From: a bacterium | Lineage (GTDB): Bacteria > Elusimicrobiota > Elusimicrobia > Elusimicrobiales > UBA9959 | DNA length: 64,000 nt | Assembly: GCA_021811185.1 (NCBI GenBank) | Contig: JAJZPL010000005.1 | Coordinates: 42,694-106,693, forward strand | Direction: 5' to 3' | Translations under genes and position numbers: made by a program | In this document: positions 7,521 to 16,180 of the stretch, piece by piece | How positions within the stretch are numbered: position 1 is the first letter of the stretch | Layout of the letters: each line of letters starts with the position of its first letter | Notes under the pieces: model-generated | Database searches by the model: none | What the model saw: only the letters and a program-made list of their open reading frames with translations | What the model was told of the DNA's origin: nothing

Positions 7521-10500
7521 TTAGCCTTTGGCTTCCCTAATCCCGCCGCGTTTCCACAGGTAGTACACTACCGGGTAGACCGCCAGCTCCAGCAGGAAAC
7601 TGGAGGCCAGGCCGCCTATCATGGGCGCGGCCACGCGCTTCATCATGTCCGCCCCGGTCCCGAGCGACCACATGATGGGGATAAGACCCATGAAAGCCGC
7701 CGTCACCGTCATCAGCTTCGGGCGCACCCTTTTTACGGCGCCGTGCACGATGGCGTCCTTCAGGTCGGCCAGGGTATTGAGTTTCCCCTGCCTTTGCATC
7801 TCGTCGTGCGAAAGGTCCAGGAACAGCAGCATGAAAACACCCGTCTCCGCGTCCAGGCCCATCAGGGCTATCATGCCCACCCAGACCGCGATGGAAACGT
7901 TATAGCCCAGGAAGTACAGGAGCCAGACCGCGCCGATAAGCGAGAAAGGCACGGCGAGCAGCACGATGGCGGTCTTTACCGCCGATTTGGTGTTCATGTA
8001 CAGCAGCATGAAGATCACGAACAGCGTAAGCGGCAGGATCACTTTCAAGCGCTCCCGCACGCGCAGCATGTTCTGGAACTGCCCGCTCCATTCCAGCGAG
8101 TAACCGGTAGGCAGCTTCACGTGCGCCGCCACCAGCTTCTTGGCGTTGGCGACGTAAGTCCCCACGTCTATCCCCTCTATGTCGGAGTAGACGTAGCCGC
8201 AGAGCATGCCGTTCTCGTCGCGGATCATGGACGGGCCCCGCGCGAAGGCGATATCCGCCAGTTGCCCCAGCGGCACGTTCACGCCGCTTTCCGTGGTGAC
8301 CAGCACCTGCTTGAGCTTGCCCAGGTCGGTCCTGAAATCTCGGGCGTAACGCACGCTTATGGTGTACCTTTCGCGCCCTTCCACGGTGGCGGAGAGCGCT
8401 TCCCCGCCGATGGCGGACACTACCGCCGTTTCCGCCTCCTTCACGGACAGCCCGTAGCGCGCCAGGGCCTCCCGGTCTAGCTTGAAGTCCAGGAAGTAGC
8501 CGCCGGCGGTGCGTTCGGCGAAGGCGCTGCGCGTGCCCTTCATGCCGGTCAGGAGCCGCTCTATCTGCACGCCTATCTTTTCTATCTCCGCCAGGTCCGA
8601 GCCGTAAACCTTGATGCCTATGGGCGTCCTGATGCCGGTGCTGAGCATGTCTATGCGCGCCTTTATAGGCATGGTCCAGGCGTTGGACACGCCGGGGAAC
8701 TGCATCCTGGCGTCGAGGTCGTTCACCAGGTCGTCCCAGGTCAGCTTGTCGTACCAGACGTGGCGCAGCGGCCGCTTCAGGAAGTCCGGCGCCCACGAGG
8801 AGTACCAGCGCTTTTTGGCGCGCCACTTAGCCTGCGGCTTGAGTATTACCGTGGTCTCCATCATGGAGAACGGCGCCGGGTCGGTGGAGGTGTCGGCGCG
8901 GCCGGCCTTGCCGAACACCCTTTCCACTTCGGGGACGGACTTGAGCACCCTGTCCTGCGCTTCCAGCAGCTTCTGCGCCTCGGTCACCGAAATGCCCGGC
9001 ATGGTGGTGGGCATATAAAGGATGGTCCCTTCGTTAAGGGGCGGCATGAACTCGGAGCCAAGCTTGAAATACACGGGGATGGAGACCAGGATAAGGACCA
9101 GCGCGCCGAGGAGGACCTGCTTCGGCCGTTCCAGCAGCCAGCGGCAGGCGGGCTCGTACACGCGGAAGAGCCGTTTGGAGACAGGGTGCCGCTCCTCGGG
9201 ATAGTATTTCCCCACGACGGCGGTGTTGACGAGCTTGGAGAGCCAGGCGGGCTTTATCCTGAAGTCGTCCATCCGCGTGAACAGCATGCGCAGCGCCGGG
9301 TCCAGCGTGACGGCGAGCAGCGCCGCCACGAACATGGTGAGGGTCTTGGTGTAGGCCAGCGGCTTGAAGAGCCTGCCTTCCTGGTCCACCAGCGTGAAGA
9401 TGGGGATGAACGCCACGGCGATGACCAGGAGCGAGAAGAACACCGATGGGCCCACTTCCTGCAGGGCTTCCAGGCGCACCTGGTGGAAATCCCCTTTCCC
9501 CCCGCCGCTCTTCCATAGTTCCAGTTTCTTGTACGCGTTCTCAACCTCTACGATGGCGCCGTCCACCAGCACGCCTATGGAAATGGCGATGCCCGAGAGC
9601 GACATGATGTTGGAGGAGATCCCGAAAAAATACATCGGGATGAACGCCAGCAGGACGGAGATCGGGATAGTGACTATGGGAATTACCGCCGAGGGGATAT
9701 GCCAAAGGAAAAGGAGGATGACCAGGCTGACGATGATCATTTCTTCCGTCAGCTGGCGCTTGAGGGTGGCGATGGCCCGGTGGATCAGGTCGGACCTGTC
9801 GTAGGTGGTCACGAGCTCCACGCCTTCGGGCAGGGAGGGTTTTATCGCCTCGAGTTTCTCCTTTACCCTGTCGATCACTTCCAGCGCGTTCTCTTTGTGG
9901 CGCATCACCACTATGCCGCCCACGGTATCGCCTTCGCCGTCCAGGTCCGCCACGCCGCGCCGGATCTCCGGCCCCGTGGCCACCGTACCCAGGTTCTTTA
10001 TCAGCACCGGCGTGCCGCCCGGGCCTTTGGCCACCACTATGTTCTCTATGTCCTTAACGGACTTGGCGTAGCCCCGGCCGCGCACCATGTACTCGGCTCC
10101 GGAAAATTCCACCAGCCGCCCGCCCACGTCGTTGTTGCCGTCCCGCACGGCGTTGATGACTTTCTGCAGCGGGACGTTATGCGCTACCAGGGAATTGGGG
10201 TCCAGGTTGACCTGGTACTGTTTCTGGAAGCCGCCGATGGAGGCCACCTCGGCCACGCCGGCCACCGCCTGCAGCTGGTATTTCAGGTTCCAGTCCTGGA
10301 AGGAGCGCAGCTCGGCCAGGTCGTGCCGCCCGCTTTTGTCCACCAGCGCGTACTGATAGACCCAGCCCACGCCGGTGGCGTCGGGGCCGATCTCGGTGCG
10401 CACTTCGGGCGGGAGCTTGCCCTGCAGCTTGTTGAGGTATTCCAGCACCCTTGAGCGGGCCCAGTAAATGTCGGTGCCGTCCTTGAATATAACATAGACG

Positions 10501-10772
10501 AAGGAATAGCCGAAATCCGAGAAGCCCCTTATGGACTTAACGCCGGGCGCGCCCAGCAGCGAGGTGATGACAGGATAGGTTACCTGGTCCTCTATTATGT
10601 CGGGAGAGCGGTCCCAGCGGGAATAGACGATGACCTGCGTGTCGGACAGGTCCGGGATGGCGTCCAGCGTGATGTTGCGCACGCAGTAGGCGCCGCCGAG
10701 CGAGGCCGCCAGCGCGAAGATAAGGACGAGGACGCGGTTGTTTGCCGAGAAGGCTATTATCTTTTTTATCAT
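7521..10772 (-). CDS. cusA: Heavy-metal efflux RND permease, CusA/CzcA family
   Basis: 1083 aa, 12-TM RND architecture, N-terminus typical of the CzcA/CusA family. Sits in an operon with an MFP and an OMF. Confidence 0.9.
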   Translation of the reverse strand: MIKKIIAFSANNRVLVLIFALAASLGGAYCVRNITLDAIPDLSDTQVIVYSRWDRSPDIIEDQVTYPVITSLLGAPGVKSIRGFSDFGYSFVYVIFKDGTDIYWARSRVLEYLNKLQGKLPPEVRTEIGPDATGVGWVYQYALVDKSGRHDLAELRSFQDWNLKYQLQAVAGVAEVASIGGFQKQYQVNLDPNSLVAHNVPLQKVINAVRDGNNDVGGRLVEFSGAEYMVRGRGYAKSVKDIENIVVAKGPGGTPVLIKNLGTVATGPEIRRGVADLDGEGDTVGGIVVMRHKENALEVIDRVKEKLEAIKPSLPEGVELVTTYDRSDLIHRAIATLKRQLTEEMIIVSLVILLFLWHIPSAVIPIVTIPISVLLAFIPMYFFGISSNIMSLSGIAISIGVLVDGAIVEVENAYKKLELWKSGGGKGDFHQVRLEALQEVGPSVFFSLLVIAVAFIPIFTLVDQEGRLFKPLAYTKTLTMFVAALLAVTLDPALRMLFTRMDDFRIKPAWLSKLVNTAVVGKYYPEERHPVSKRLFRVYEPACRWLLERPKQVLLGALVLILVSIPVYFKLGSEFMPPLNEGTILYMPTTMPGISVTEAQKLLEAQDRVLKSVPEVERVFGKAGRADTSTDPAPFSMMETTVILKPQAKWRAKKRWYSSWAPDFLKRPLRHVWYDKLTWDDLVNDLDARMQFPGVSNAWTMPIKARIDMLSTGIRTPIGIKVYGSDLAEIEKIGVQIERLLTGMKGTRSAFAERTAGGYFLDFKLDREALARYGLSVKEAETAVVSAIGGEALSATVEGRERYTISVRYARDFRTDLGKLKQVLVTTESGVNVPLGQLADIAFARGPSMIRDENGMLCGYVYSDIEGIDVGTYVANAKKLVAAHVKLPTGYSLEWSGQFQNMLRVRERLKVILPLTLFVIFMLLYMNTKSAVKTAIVLLAVPFSLIGAVWLLYFLGYNVSIAVWVGMIALMGLDAETGVFMLLFLDLSHDEMQRQGKLNTLADLKDAIVHGAVKRVRPKLMTVTAAFMGLIPIMWSLGTGADMMKRVAAPMIGGLASSFLLELAVYPVVYYLWKRGGIREAKG

Positions 10773-10779
10773 CGCGGTC

Positions 10780-11925
10780 TTACTGGGCCGGCCCCGCCTT
10801 GAGCCTGGATTCGGAATCCACCAGAAAATTCGCCGAGGTGACCACTTTCTCCCCCGCCTTCAGGCCGGAGAGGATCTCGGTATAGCCGTCGGCGCGCAGG
10901 CCGGCCTTTACGGCGCGGGGCTCGAACTCGCCTTCGTTCTTTTCCACGAACACCAGTTCCCGCTCGCCGGTGTTCAGGATGGCCGAGTTGGGCGCCGCCA
11001 GCTTAATGCCCAGGTCCGCCCTTATCATAAGTTCCACGTACATTTCCGGCTTGAGTTTCAGGTCCGGGTTCGCCACTTCGGCCTTCACCCTTAAAGTGCG
11101 CGTCTCGGCGGAAAGTATCGGGTCTATGGCCTTGAGTTCGGCTTTAAAGACCTCGCCCGGCCAGGCCGTGGCCGTGGCGTAAGCGGGCAGGCCCGGCTTT
11201 ACCAGGCCGATCTCGTATTCGTAGATCTGCGCGTAGACCCAGGCTTTGGCCGAGGGGAGCAGCAGGCTGGTGTCGACAGGCCGGTCCTTGTCCGGCGCCA
11301 GCTGTTCCGGCGAGGCGCCCAGCTGCCGCAGCCGCAGTTCCGAGGCCGCCGCCAGCGCGTCGGCCCTTTCTATAACGTCGGGCCAGGAGCTCCCCTTAAC
11401 TTTTTCCCTGGCCGCCAGCGCTTCGCGGTATTCCGAAATAGCCTGGTACAGGGCGGGGTCGTAGGCCACTTTGCCGGGGGCGCGGATCACGCGGCCCAGG
11501 TTCCGGTAGCCCACCGGCGCGGTCTTAACCCCGATAAGCTGCCGCTTCCCGTCGTCCAGCTTCACCTTCGAGCGGCCGTCCACCGCAGCGGGAACGTCCC
11601 CGCCTTCGTACACGGGAATATAGTCCATCCCCATCTCGTCCTTCATCGGCACCTTGGAGGTGATCTCCGGGTTCATGGGGTTGCGGTAGACCAGGATCTT
11701 TTTTTTGGCGGGAGCCGCGGTCTCTTTCTTCACCAGGTGCATGCCGCAGATGGGGCAGTCCCCGGGTTTGTCGGAGGTGTAGTTGGGGTGCATAGGGCAG
11801 TAGTAAATTTCTTTCTGCTGCGCGCCGGCCTGGGCGCCGTGTCCGCGGTAATGCCTGAAGGCCGCGGCGCCGGCGCCTAAAAGGGCCAGCGCGGTCAGCA
11901 CGACGAAGATCTTTTTAATGTGCAT
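10780..11925 (-). CDS. cusB: Efflux RND periplasmic adaptor (membrane fusion protein) with an N-terminal heavy-metal-binding domain
   Basis: YYCPMHPNYTSDKPGDCPICGMHLV motif and MFP barrel-sandwich region. Directly abuts the OMF gene. Confidence 0.88.
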   Translation of the reverse strand: MHIKKIFVVLTALALLGAGAAAFRHYRGHGAQAGAQQKEIYYCPMHPNYTSDKPGDCPICGMHLVKKETAAPAKKKILVYRNPMNPEITSKVPMKDEMGMDYIPVYEGGDVPAAVDGRSKVKLDDGKRQLIGVKTAPVGYRNLGRVIRAPGKVAYDPALYQAISEYREALAAREKVKGSSWPDVIERADALAAASELRLRQLGASPEQLAPDKDRPVDTSLLLPSAKAWVYAQIYEYEIGLVKPGLPAYATATAWPGEVFKAELKAIDPILSAETRTLRVKAEVANPDLKLKPEMYVELMIRADLGIKLAAPNSAILNTGERELVFVEKNEGEFEPRAVKAGLRADGYTEILSGLKAGEKVVTSANFLVDSESRLKAGPAQ

Positions 11926-13191
11926 TTATTTCCCCCCCGCGACATTTTCCCCGGCGAGCTTTTCTAGTTCGCTGAGCCGGGTCTGGTAGTCTGCGGTATA
12001 ACGGTAGAAATCCAGCTTCAGGCCGAGCAGGGTGCGCTCGGCGTCGAGCAGGTCCAGGAAGCCGCCGGCGGAGCTCTGGTAGGCGGTCTGCGCCACCTTC
12101 AGCGCTTCCTGCGCCTGCGGGAGCACGCTGGCGCTGTAAAGGTCCAGCAGCCTGAGCGAGGTCTTCGCCTTGATCAGCGCGTCCTTTATTTCCAGCGACA
12201 CGTTCGTCCGCGCCAGCCGGTATTCGGCTTCGGCCAGGCTCTTCCCGGCTTCGGCCTCCTGTATGCCGGCGCCTTTATTGCCGGTCCAGCCCAGCGGCAG
12301 GCTGATGGCGAAGTTGAAATCGTACGTCTTGTCCATCCGCGGGTCGGTGGAGCGCCTGCGCCGGTAAAGCAGTTCCAGGTCCGGCAGGTATTCCGTCTTC
12401 GAAAGTTTAACGCGGCTCCCCGCTTCCTCCACCCTGGCGGCGGCGGTAAGTATGTCTGGATTGTTCTTAAGGGCCGCGGCGTAGAACCGGGCGAACTCGC
12501 TCAGAGAACTCCCGGGGCCGGCTTCCGCGGCGGCGGGCAGCCAGGCTTCTGTGTCCCTGTCCATCAGCACGTTCAGGAGCGCCCTGGCTGCTTCCTTTTC
12601 CTGCTGCACGGTGATAAGCTGGTTCAAGGTGCGGGAGAGTTCCACCTGCGCTTTTATGGCGTCGCTCTGGCCGCCAAGGCCCGCGGCGTACTTGTCTTCG
12701 GCTATCTTCGAGAATTCCTTCAGCAGATCTGTGGTTTCCTGGTAGGTTTTTTCGTATTTCCCGTAGATGTAGTATTGGTAGAAAGCCGCCTTGGCCTTCG
12801 CCAGCACCTCGTTTACCCTGGCCTGGTAAAGCCCGGCGTACACGGAGGCCTCGCTCCTGGCCACGCGCTTTTTCAGGATAAGCCTGTAGGGGTTCTCTAT
12901 CTCCTGCCTGATCCCGGTGGTCCTGTCGCCGGCGTCGTTTAAAAAACTGTCGCCGTACTTGGTGTTCATCCTTTCTAATTCCAGCACGGGGTCTTTAAGC
13001 GAGTAAGCCTGCTTAACGCGGTTCTGCGCCATTTTAGCGAGGCTGTTGGCGGCCAGCAGCTGCGGGTTGCGCGCTTTAACTTCGCTCAGCACGTCCTCCA
13101 GCCGCAGGGCGGACGTGGAAACCGCCTGTGCCGCCGCCGTGCCCGCCTGCGCGAGGCAAAATATTATCGCCAGTAGTAAAGTGGTTTTCAT
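11926..13191 (-). CDS. cusC: TolC-family outer membrane efflux protein
   Basis: Two-repeat OMF sequence. Trimmed from the track ORF (13365) to the ATG at 13191 (MKTTLLLAIIFCLAQAGTAAAQA signal peptide). Confidence 0.85.
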   Translation of the reverse strand: MKTTLLLAIIFCLAQAGTAAAQAVSTSALRLEDVLSEVKARNPQLLAANSLAKMAQNRVKQAYSLKDPVLELERMNTKYGDSFLNDAGDRTTGIRQEIENPYRLILKKRVARSEASVYAGLYQARVNEVLAKAKAAFYQYYIYGKYEKTYQETTDLLKEFSKIAEDKYAAGLGGQSDAIKAQVELSRTLNQLITVQQEKEAARALLNVLMDRDTEAWLPAAAEAGPGSSLSEFARFYAAALKNNPDILTAAARVEEAGSRVKLSKTEYLPDLELLYRRRRSTDPRMDKTYDFNFAISLPLGWTGNKGAGIQEAEAGKSLAEAEYRLARTNVSLEIKDALIKAKTSLRLLDLYSASVLPQAQEALKVAQTAYQSSAGGFLDLLDAERTLLGLKLDFYRYTADYQTRLSELEKLAGENVAGGK

Positions 13192-13230
13192 GAAGCCGGA
13201 CCTTCGATCTTTCTTCAGCCAGTATTTTAC

Positions 13231-13260
13231 ATTATATTCTTGAAGTATAAGACGCGTAAA
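13231..13260 (-). promoter_or_regulatory. Candidate sigma70-type promoter of the cusCBA-like operon
   Basis: Minus strand TTTACG, 18 nt, TATAAT. About 33-nt leader to the ATG at 13191. Confidence 0.4.
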
Positions 13261-13279
13261 ATAGCGGGCCGAAAGGCCC

Positions 13280-13308
13280 TTGAAATCGGCGGCTCCGGGA
13301 GCTATAGT
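13280..13308 (+). promoter_or_regulatory. Promoter of tandem unit 1
   Basis: TTGAAA (13280-13285), 17 nt, TATAGT (13303-13308). Confidence 0.5.
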
Positions 13309-13314
13309 ATTAAC

Positions 13315-13401
13315 AGGATTTACGGTACCCACACTAGGATAAACAACTAGGACTGCTGGGACCAACGGGAGGGCAGGTCAATATGGCTTGCCCCCTTTTT
13401 T
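13315..13401 (+). ncRNA. Candidate small RNA, tandem unit 1 (about 87 nt)
   Basis: Follows the promoter. Stem GGTaCCCA/TGGGACC around a 25-nt loop. Terminator GGGCAGGTC (13371-13379) / GGCTTGCCC (13385-13393) plus T6. The two G.U pairs exist only on the plus-strand RNA. Confidence 0.4.
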
Positions 13402-13416
13402 ATGCCCGAAGGACCC

Positions 13417-13445
13417 TTGAAATTGCCTCCGCCAGGGGCTAAAAT
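13417..13445 (+). promoter_or_regulatory. Promoter of tandem unit 2
   Basis: TTGAAA (13417-13422), 17 nt, TAAAAT (13440-13445). Confidence 0.5.
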
Positions 13446-13451
13446 ATAAGC

Positions 13452-13539
13452 GGAGGACGGGGTCTCTCCTCCGGGAGCCGTAGAAAATCAGTTGAGACCC
13501 AAGTTAAGGGCGGGCTTTAAAAGCCCGCCCCTTTTTATT
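13452..13539 (+). ncRNA. Candidate small RNA, tandem unit 2 (about 88 nt)
   Basis: Stem GGGTCTC/GAGACCC around a 27-nt loop. Competing 5' hairpin CGGAGGA/TCCTCCG. Terminator GGGCGGGCT (13508-13516) / AGCCCGCCC (13522-13530) plus T5. Confidence 0.45.
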
Positions 13540-13566
13540 CCGCGCGGAGGCGTACCCAAAGGGCCC

Positions 13567-13595
13567 TTGATATTTGCGGCCGCGGGAGCTACAAC
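13567..13595 (+). promoter_or_regulatory. Promoter of tandem unit 3
   Basis: TTGATA (13567-13572), 17 nt, TACAAC (13590-13595). The -10 is weaker than in units 1 and 2. Confidence 0.4.
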
Positions 13596-13601
13596 ATAAT
13601 G

Positions 13602-13690
13602 CAGGTAAAAGGGTCTCATCCCAAGAGTGGTCATCAAGTCAGGCGAGACCCATTGAAGGGCGGGCTATAGAGCCCGCCCCGATTTATTTA
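13602..13690 (+). ncRNA. Candidate small RNA, tandem unit 3 (about 89 nt)
   Basis: Same GGGTCTC/GAGACCC stem around a 27-nt loop. Terminator GGGCGGGCT (13658-13666) / AGCCCGCCC (13671-13679) followed by cgaTTTATTT. Confidence 0.4.
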
Positions 13691-13694
13691 CCCA

Positions 13695-13730
13695 TAAAAA
13701 AACAGGCCGCCGTCGCGGGCAGCCTGTTTT
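13695..13730 (-). terminator. Intrinsic terminator of the 13748..14440 gene
   Basis: Minus strand CAGGCTGCC...GGCGGCCTG stem followed by T8 (plus-strand A-run 13695-13702). Confidence 0.65.
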
Positions 13731-13747
13731 CTTTGTGCCGGTAAGGC

Positions 13748-14440
13748 TCAGTTGAGAATGGTTATCAGCGGAGTGTTGGGCACCGTGGAACTGCAGCCGT
13801 GGAAAGGAATATTCATCCCGGGGAAGGGCGCAGGGCCGAACGGGCTGGGCTTGGACACGTAGGAGCCATCCTTGCACTGGTAAATGCAGCTGTAGTTGCT
13901 GTCCATCACCAGGCTGCAGGTGTCGTCGGCGGACTTGGCCGCTTCCATGGCCCTGGCGGGAACGGAAGGGGTCAGTTCGAAGTTGCCGAGGATCTGGTTT
14001 ACCGAGTACTTGTACACGGTGGAAACCGGCTTGAGGCTCAGGAAAGAACCCCAGAGGCAGACTTCGAAAACCTCTTTCTGGCCGGGTTTCAACTCGCGGG
14101 GCGCCATGATGGTGATCTTGGGGGTTTCACTGTAGGTGCGGTAGCCGGGGGTGCAGATCTGCCCCACGGGGTAGCCCATGTTCTGGCAGTCCTGGGAAGT
14201 TTCCAGGCTGGTCAGGGAGACCTCGGCTGAAACGAGCGGGTCGTTCTGGGTGAAGGCGATCTTTTTGCAGTCGCGGGTAATATCGGTGACCATCGGGAAC
14301 CTGGCTTCAGGGACCTGGACCTCCGCGGCGGCGGCCTGCCGGATGACGGCTTTCACGTCTATCGCCTGGTCGAAATTTACGGCGGCGCTGGCGCAGGGCG
14401 CGAAGCCCAGCAGAAGACCGAATATGGCTTTAATGTTCAT
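13748..14440 (-). CDS. Secreted cysteine-rich hypothetical protein (230 aa)
   Basis: Track ORF with signal peptide MNIKAIFGLLLGFAPCASA and about 10 Cys in the mature part. No recognised domain. Confidence 0.7.
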   Translation of the reverse strand: MNIKAIFGLLLGFAPCASAAVNFDQAIDVKAVIRQAAAAEVQVPEARFPMVTDITRDCKKIAFTQNDPLVSAEVSLTSLETSQDCQNMGYPVGQICTPGYRTYSETPKITIMAPRELKPGQKEVFEVCLWGSFLSLKPVSTVYKYSVNQILGNFELTPSVPARAMEAAKSADDTCSLVMDSNYSCIYQCKDGSYVSKPSPFGPAPFPGMNIPFHGCSSTVPNTPLITILN

Positions 14441-14554
14441 TGATTTTATCCCTTCTATACTTTGGTTTGGTATAAAGCTGGCTGCTTTTAATAATTCTAA
14501 CTTTTCCCGGCGTCCGGGAATAGAGTCTTTGTGCCCATTTTAAACTGCCCAAAA

Positions 14555-14578
14555 GTCCTATGACCATGGTCATGGGAC
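14555..14578. promoter_or_regulatory. 24-bp near-perfect palindrome, candidate operator in a divergent intergenic region
   Basis: GTCCtATGACCATGGTCATgGGAC. The 14-bp core ATGACCATGGTCAT is perfect, with one mismatched pair in the flanks. Confidence 0.4.
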
Positions 14579-14608
14579 CGGCATGGTGTTAATCGCGGCG
14601 TTTTGTTT

Positions 14609-14617
14609 TGGTAGAAT
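14609..14617 (+). promoter_or_regulatory. Extended -10 promoter element upstream of the cupin gene
   Basis: TGgTAGAAT at 14609-14617. The -35 is poor. Confidence 0.35.
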
Positions 14618-14655
14618 TATGGGGACAAGGTTTTGCGGGTTCACCAGGAGGAGCC

Positions 14656-15018
14656 ATGGCGCAATTTATCGAGAAGCCTATTATCGTTGAAGCCGCGGGC
14701 AACAAGCCCAAGGTTATAGAGGAATACATCGGCCGGGTCAATTCAAAAACCACCACCATAAGCGTGGCGCGCATGGTCAGTCCCGCGGGCTGGGAGGAGC
14801 CGCCGCAGGCTCCCCGCTTCACCGAATATACGCTGGTGCTCAAGGGCATGCTGCGAGTGGAAACGCAGACCGGAACCTTCGACGTGCACGGCGGCCAGGC
14901 CATAATAATGGAACCGGGCGAACGCGTGCGCTACTCCTCACCCGAGGCGGGCGGCGCCGAATACGTGGCTATCTGCCTGCCCGCTTTCTCTTACGAAACC
15001 GTCCGCCGAGAAGGCTGA
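14656..15018 (+). CDS. Cupin-domain protein (120 aa)
   Basis: Small beta-barrel-like sequence. Trimmed from the TTG at 14608 to the ATG at 14656, which is preceded by AGGAGGAG. Confidence 0.75.
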   Translation: MAQFIEKPIIVEAAGNKPKVIEEYIGRVNSKTTTISVARMVSPAGWEEPPQAPRFTEYTLVLKGMLRVETQTGTFDVHGGQAIIMEPGERVRYSSPEAGGAEYVAICLPAFSYETVRREG

Positions 15019-15034
15019 AACCGGCGGGGATGTA

Positions 15035-15073
15035 AAGAAGACGAGGCCGCTTCCGCGGCCTCGTCTTCTTTTT
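15035..15073 (+). terminator. Intrinsic terminator after the cupin gene, possibly also used by the convergent protease gene
   Basis: 16-bp stem AAGAAGACGAGGCCGC / GCGGCCTCGTCTTCTT, loop ttcc, then T-run. Confidence 0.75.
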
Positions 15074-15124
15074 CCAAGGCGCCGCTCTTTAGTCTACTTC
15101 ATAGCGCCTGAGGTGAATTAGCCT

Positions 15125-16144
15125 TTATTCGAAGCTGACCGACTTTGCGGACATCTCGAGCTGGATGGAACTCGAATCCACGGCCTGGATCTCGGGGGCG
15201 GCTTCTTCTTCCATAGCTTTCTGCGCGCCGAGCCTGGGGATGGAGGACGAGAGCGCCGAGATCTTGGTCACGTCCTCGCCGCGGCCGCCGGTCTGCGCGT
15301 AGGTGGCCATGGTAGTGCAGCCCGCGGGGCTGTCGATGAAGTCCTCGTCGCCGCGCACCAGAATGCCCTCGATGAGCTTGGTGCGGGTGTTGAACACGGG
15401 GGAGCCTGAGTTGCCGCCGAAGGTGTCCAGGTCCGCGGTGAAGTAGCCCACCTTGGAGAAGTCGCGCACCGTGGCGCCGCCGGCTACCTTGAGGGGCAGG
15501 CCCACGGGATGGCCGATCACGAAGATCCCGTCGCCCTTCTTGAGGCTGGAGCTCCTGTTGATGGCCAGGGGTTTGTGGCCGGCCACTTTGCGGTCAAGCT
15601 TGATCAGGGCGAAGTCGGGGCCCAGGTTCTGGCCGGAGGGGTTGGTCATGCCGGGGTCGCCGGCAAGGAAGCGTTTTACGATGCTGGCGCAGGAGTAGAT
15701 CTCGCCTGCCGGCAGGGTGGTTACCGCTTCCGCGCCGTTCTGCTTAACCGCGTAGCCGAAAGCCAGTTTTATGTTCTTGCAGTCGGCTTCGGTCTTCACG
15801 CAGTGGCCGGCGGTCATTACCAGGTCCGGCCCTACCAGGGAGCCGGAGCAGAAAGCCCCTATGGGCTGTTCCATGAACTTGGTGCCGGGGCACAGGTTCA
15901 TGCGCTCGCCGAAGTTCACGGTCTTCAACTGGGCGCTGCCGTTGGCGATCGTGACCGAGGGGGCTTTCCAGAAGGATACCACCGAGTCTGAAAGGGTTTT
16001 CATGTCCTGGGAGGCGGCGAAGAAGTCCAGGCGGTCATCGGAACCGTAGATGCTCTTGGCGGAACTGCCGCCAGCAAAGGAGATAGCGGGCAGGATGGCC
16101 AGGACCGCGGCCGCGCTCAGGGTTGTTTTAACAAGGTTCTTCAT
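15125..16144 (-). CDS. Secreted trypsin-like (S1 family) serine endopeptidase
   Basis: Signal peptide, His motif LVMTAGHC, Ser motif GGNSGSPV. Confidence 0.87.
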   Translation of the reverse strand: MKNLVKTTLSAAAVLAILPAISFAGGSSAKSIYGSDDRLDFFAASQDMKTLSDSVVSFWKAPSVTIANGSAQLKTVNFGERMNLCPGTKFMEQPIGAFCSGSLVGPDLVMTAGHCVKTEADCKNIKLAFGYAVKQNGAEAVTTLPAGEIYSCASIVKRFLAGDPGMTNPSGQNLGPDFALIKLDRKVAGHKPLAINRSSSLKKGDGIFVIGHPVGLPLKVAGGATVRDFSKVGYFTADLDTFGGNSGSPVFNTRTKLIEGILVRGDEDFIDSPAGCTTMATYAQTGGRGEDVTKISALSSSIPRLGAQKAMEEEAAPEIQAVDSSSIQLEMSAKSVSFE

Positions 16145-16180
16145 AACTCCTCCAATCGCTGCAACGTTTACTTACGGTAT

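Noticed and set aside
11699-11706. T8/A8 runs inside cusB (11699-11706), murD (21773-21780) and nadE (about 48495-48502) as phase-variation tracts
   Set aside because: They encode Lys runs (KKK) at plausible surface positions of essential or housekeeping genes. The tracts are short and there is no other sign of contingency loci. Slippage here would simply inactivate the gene.
13380-13680. Short peptides within the tandem units (MACPLFYARRTLEIASARG from 13384; MQVKGSHPKSGHQVRRDPLKGGL from 13598)
   Set aside because: They are not conserved between the units. Unit 2 has no start codon at all, and the unit 3 ATG lies at or before the predicted TSS. The shared features are RNA stems, not reading frames.
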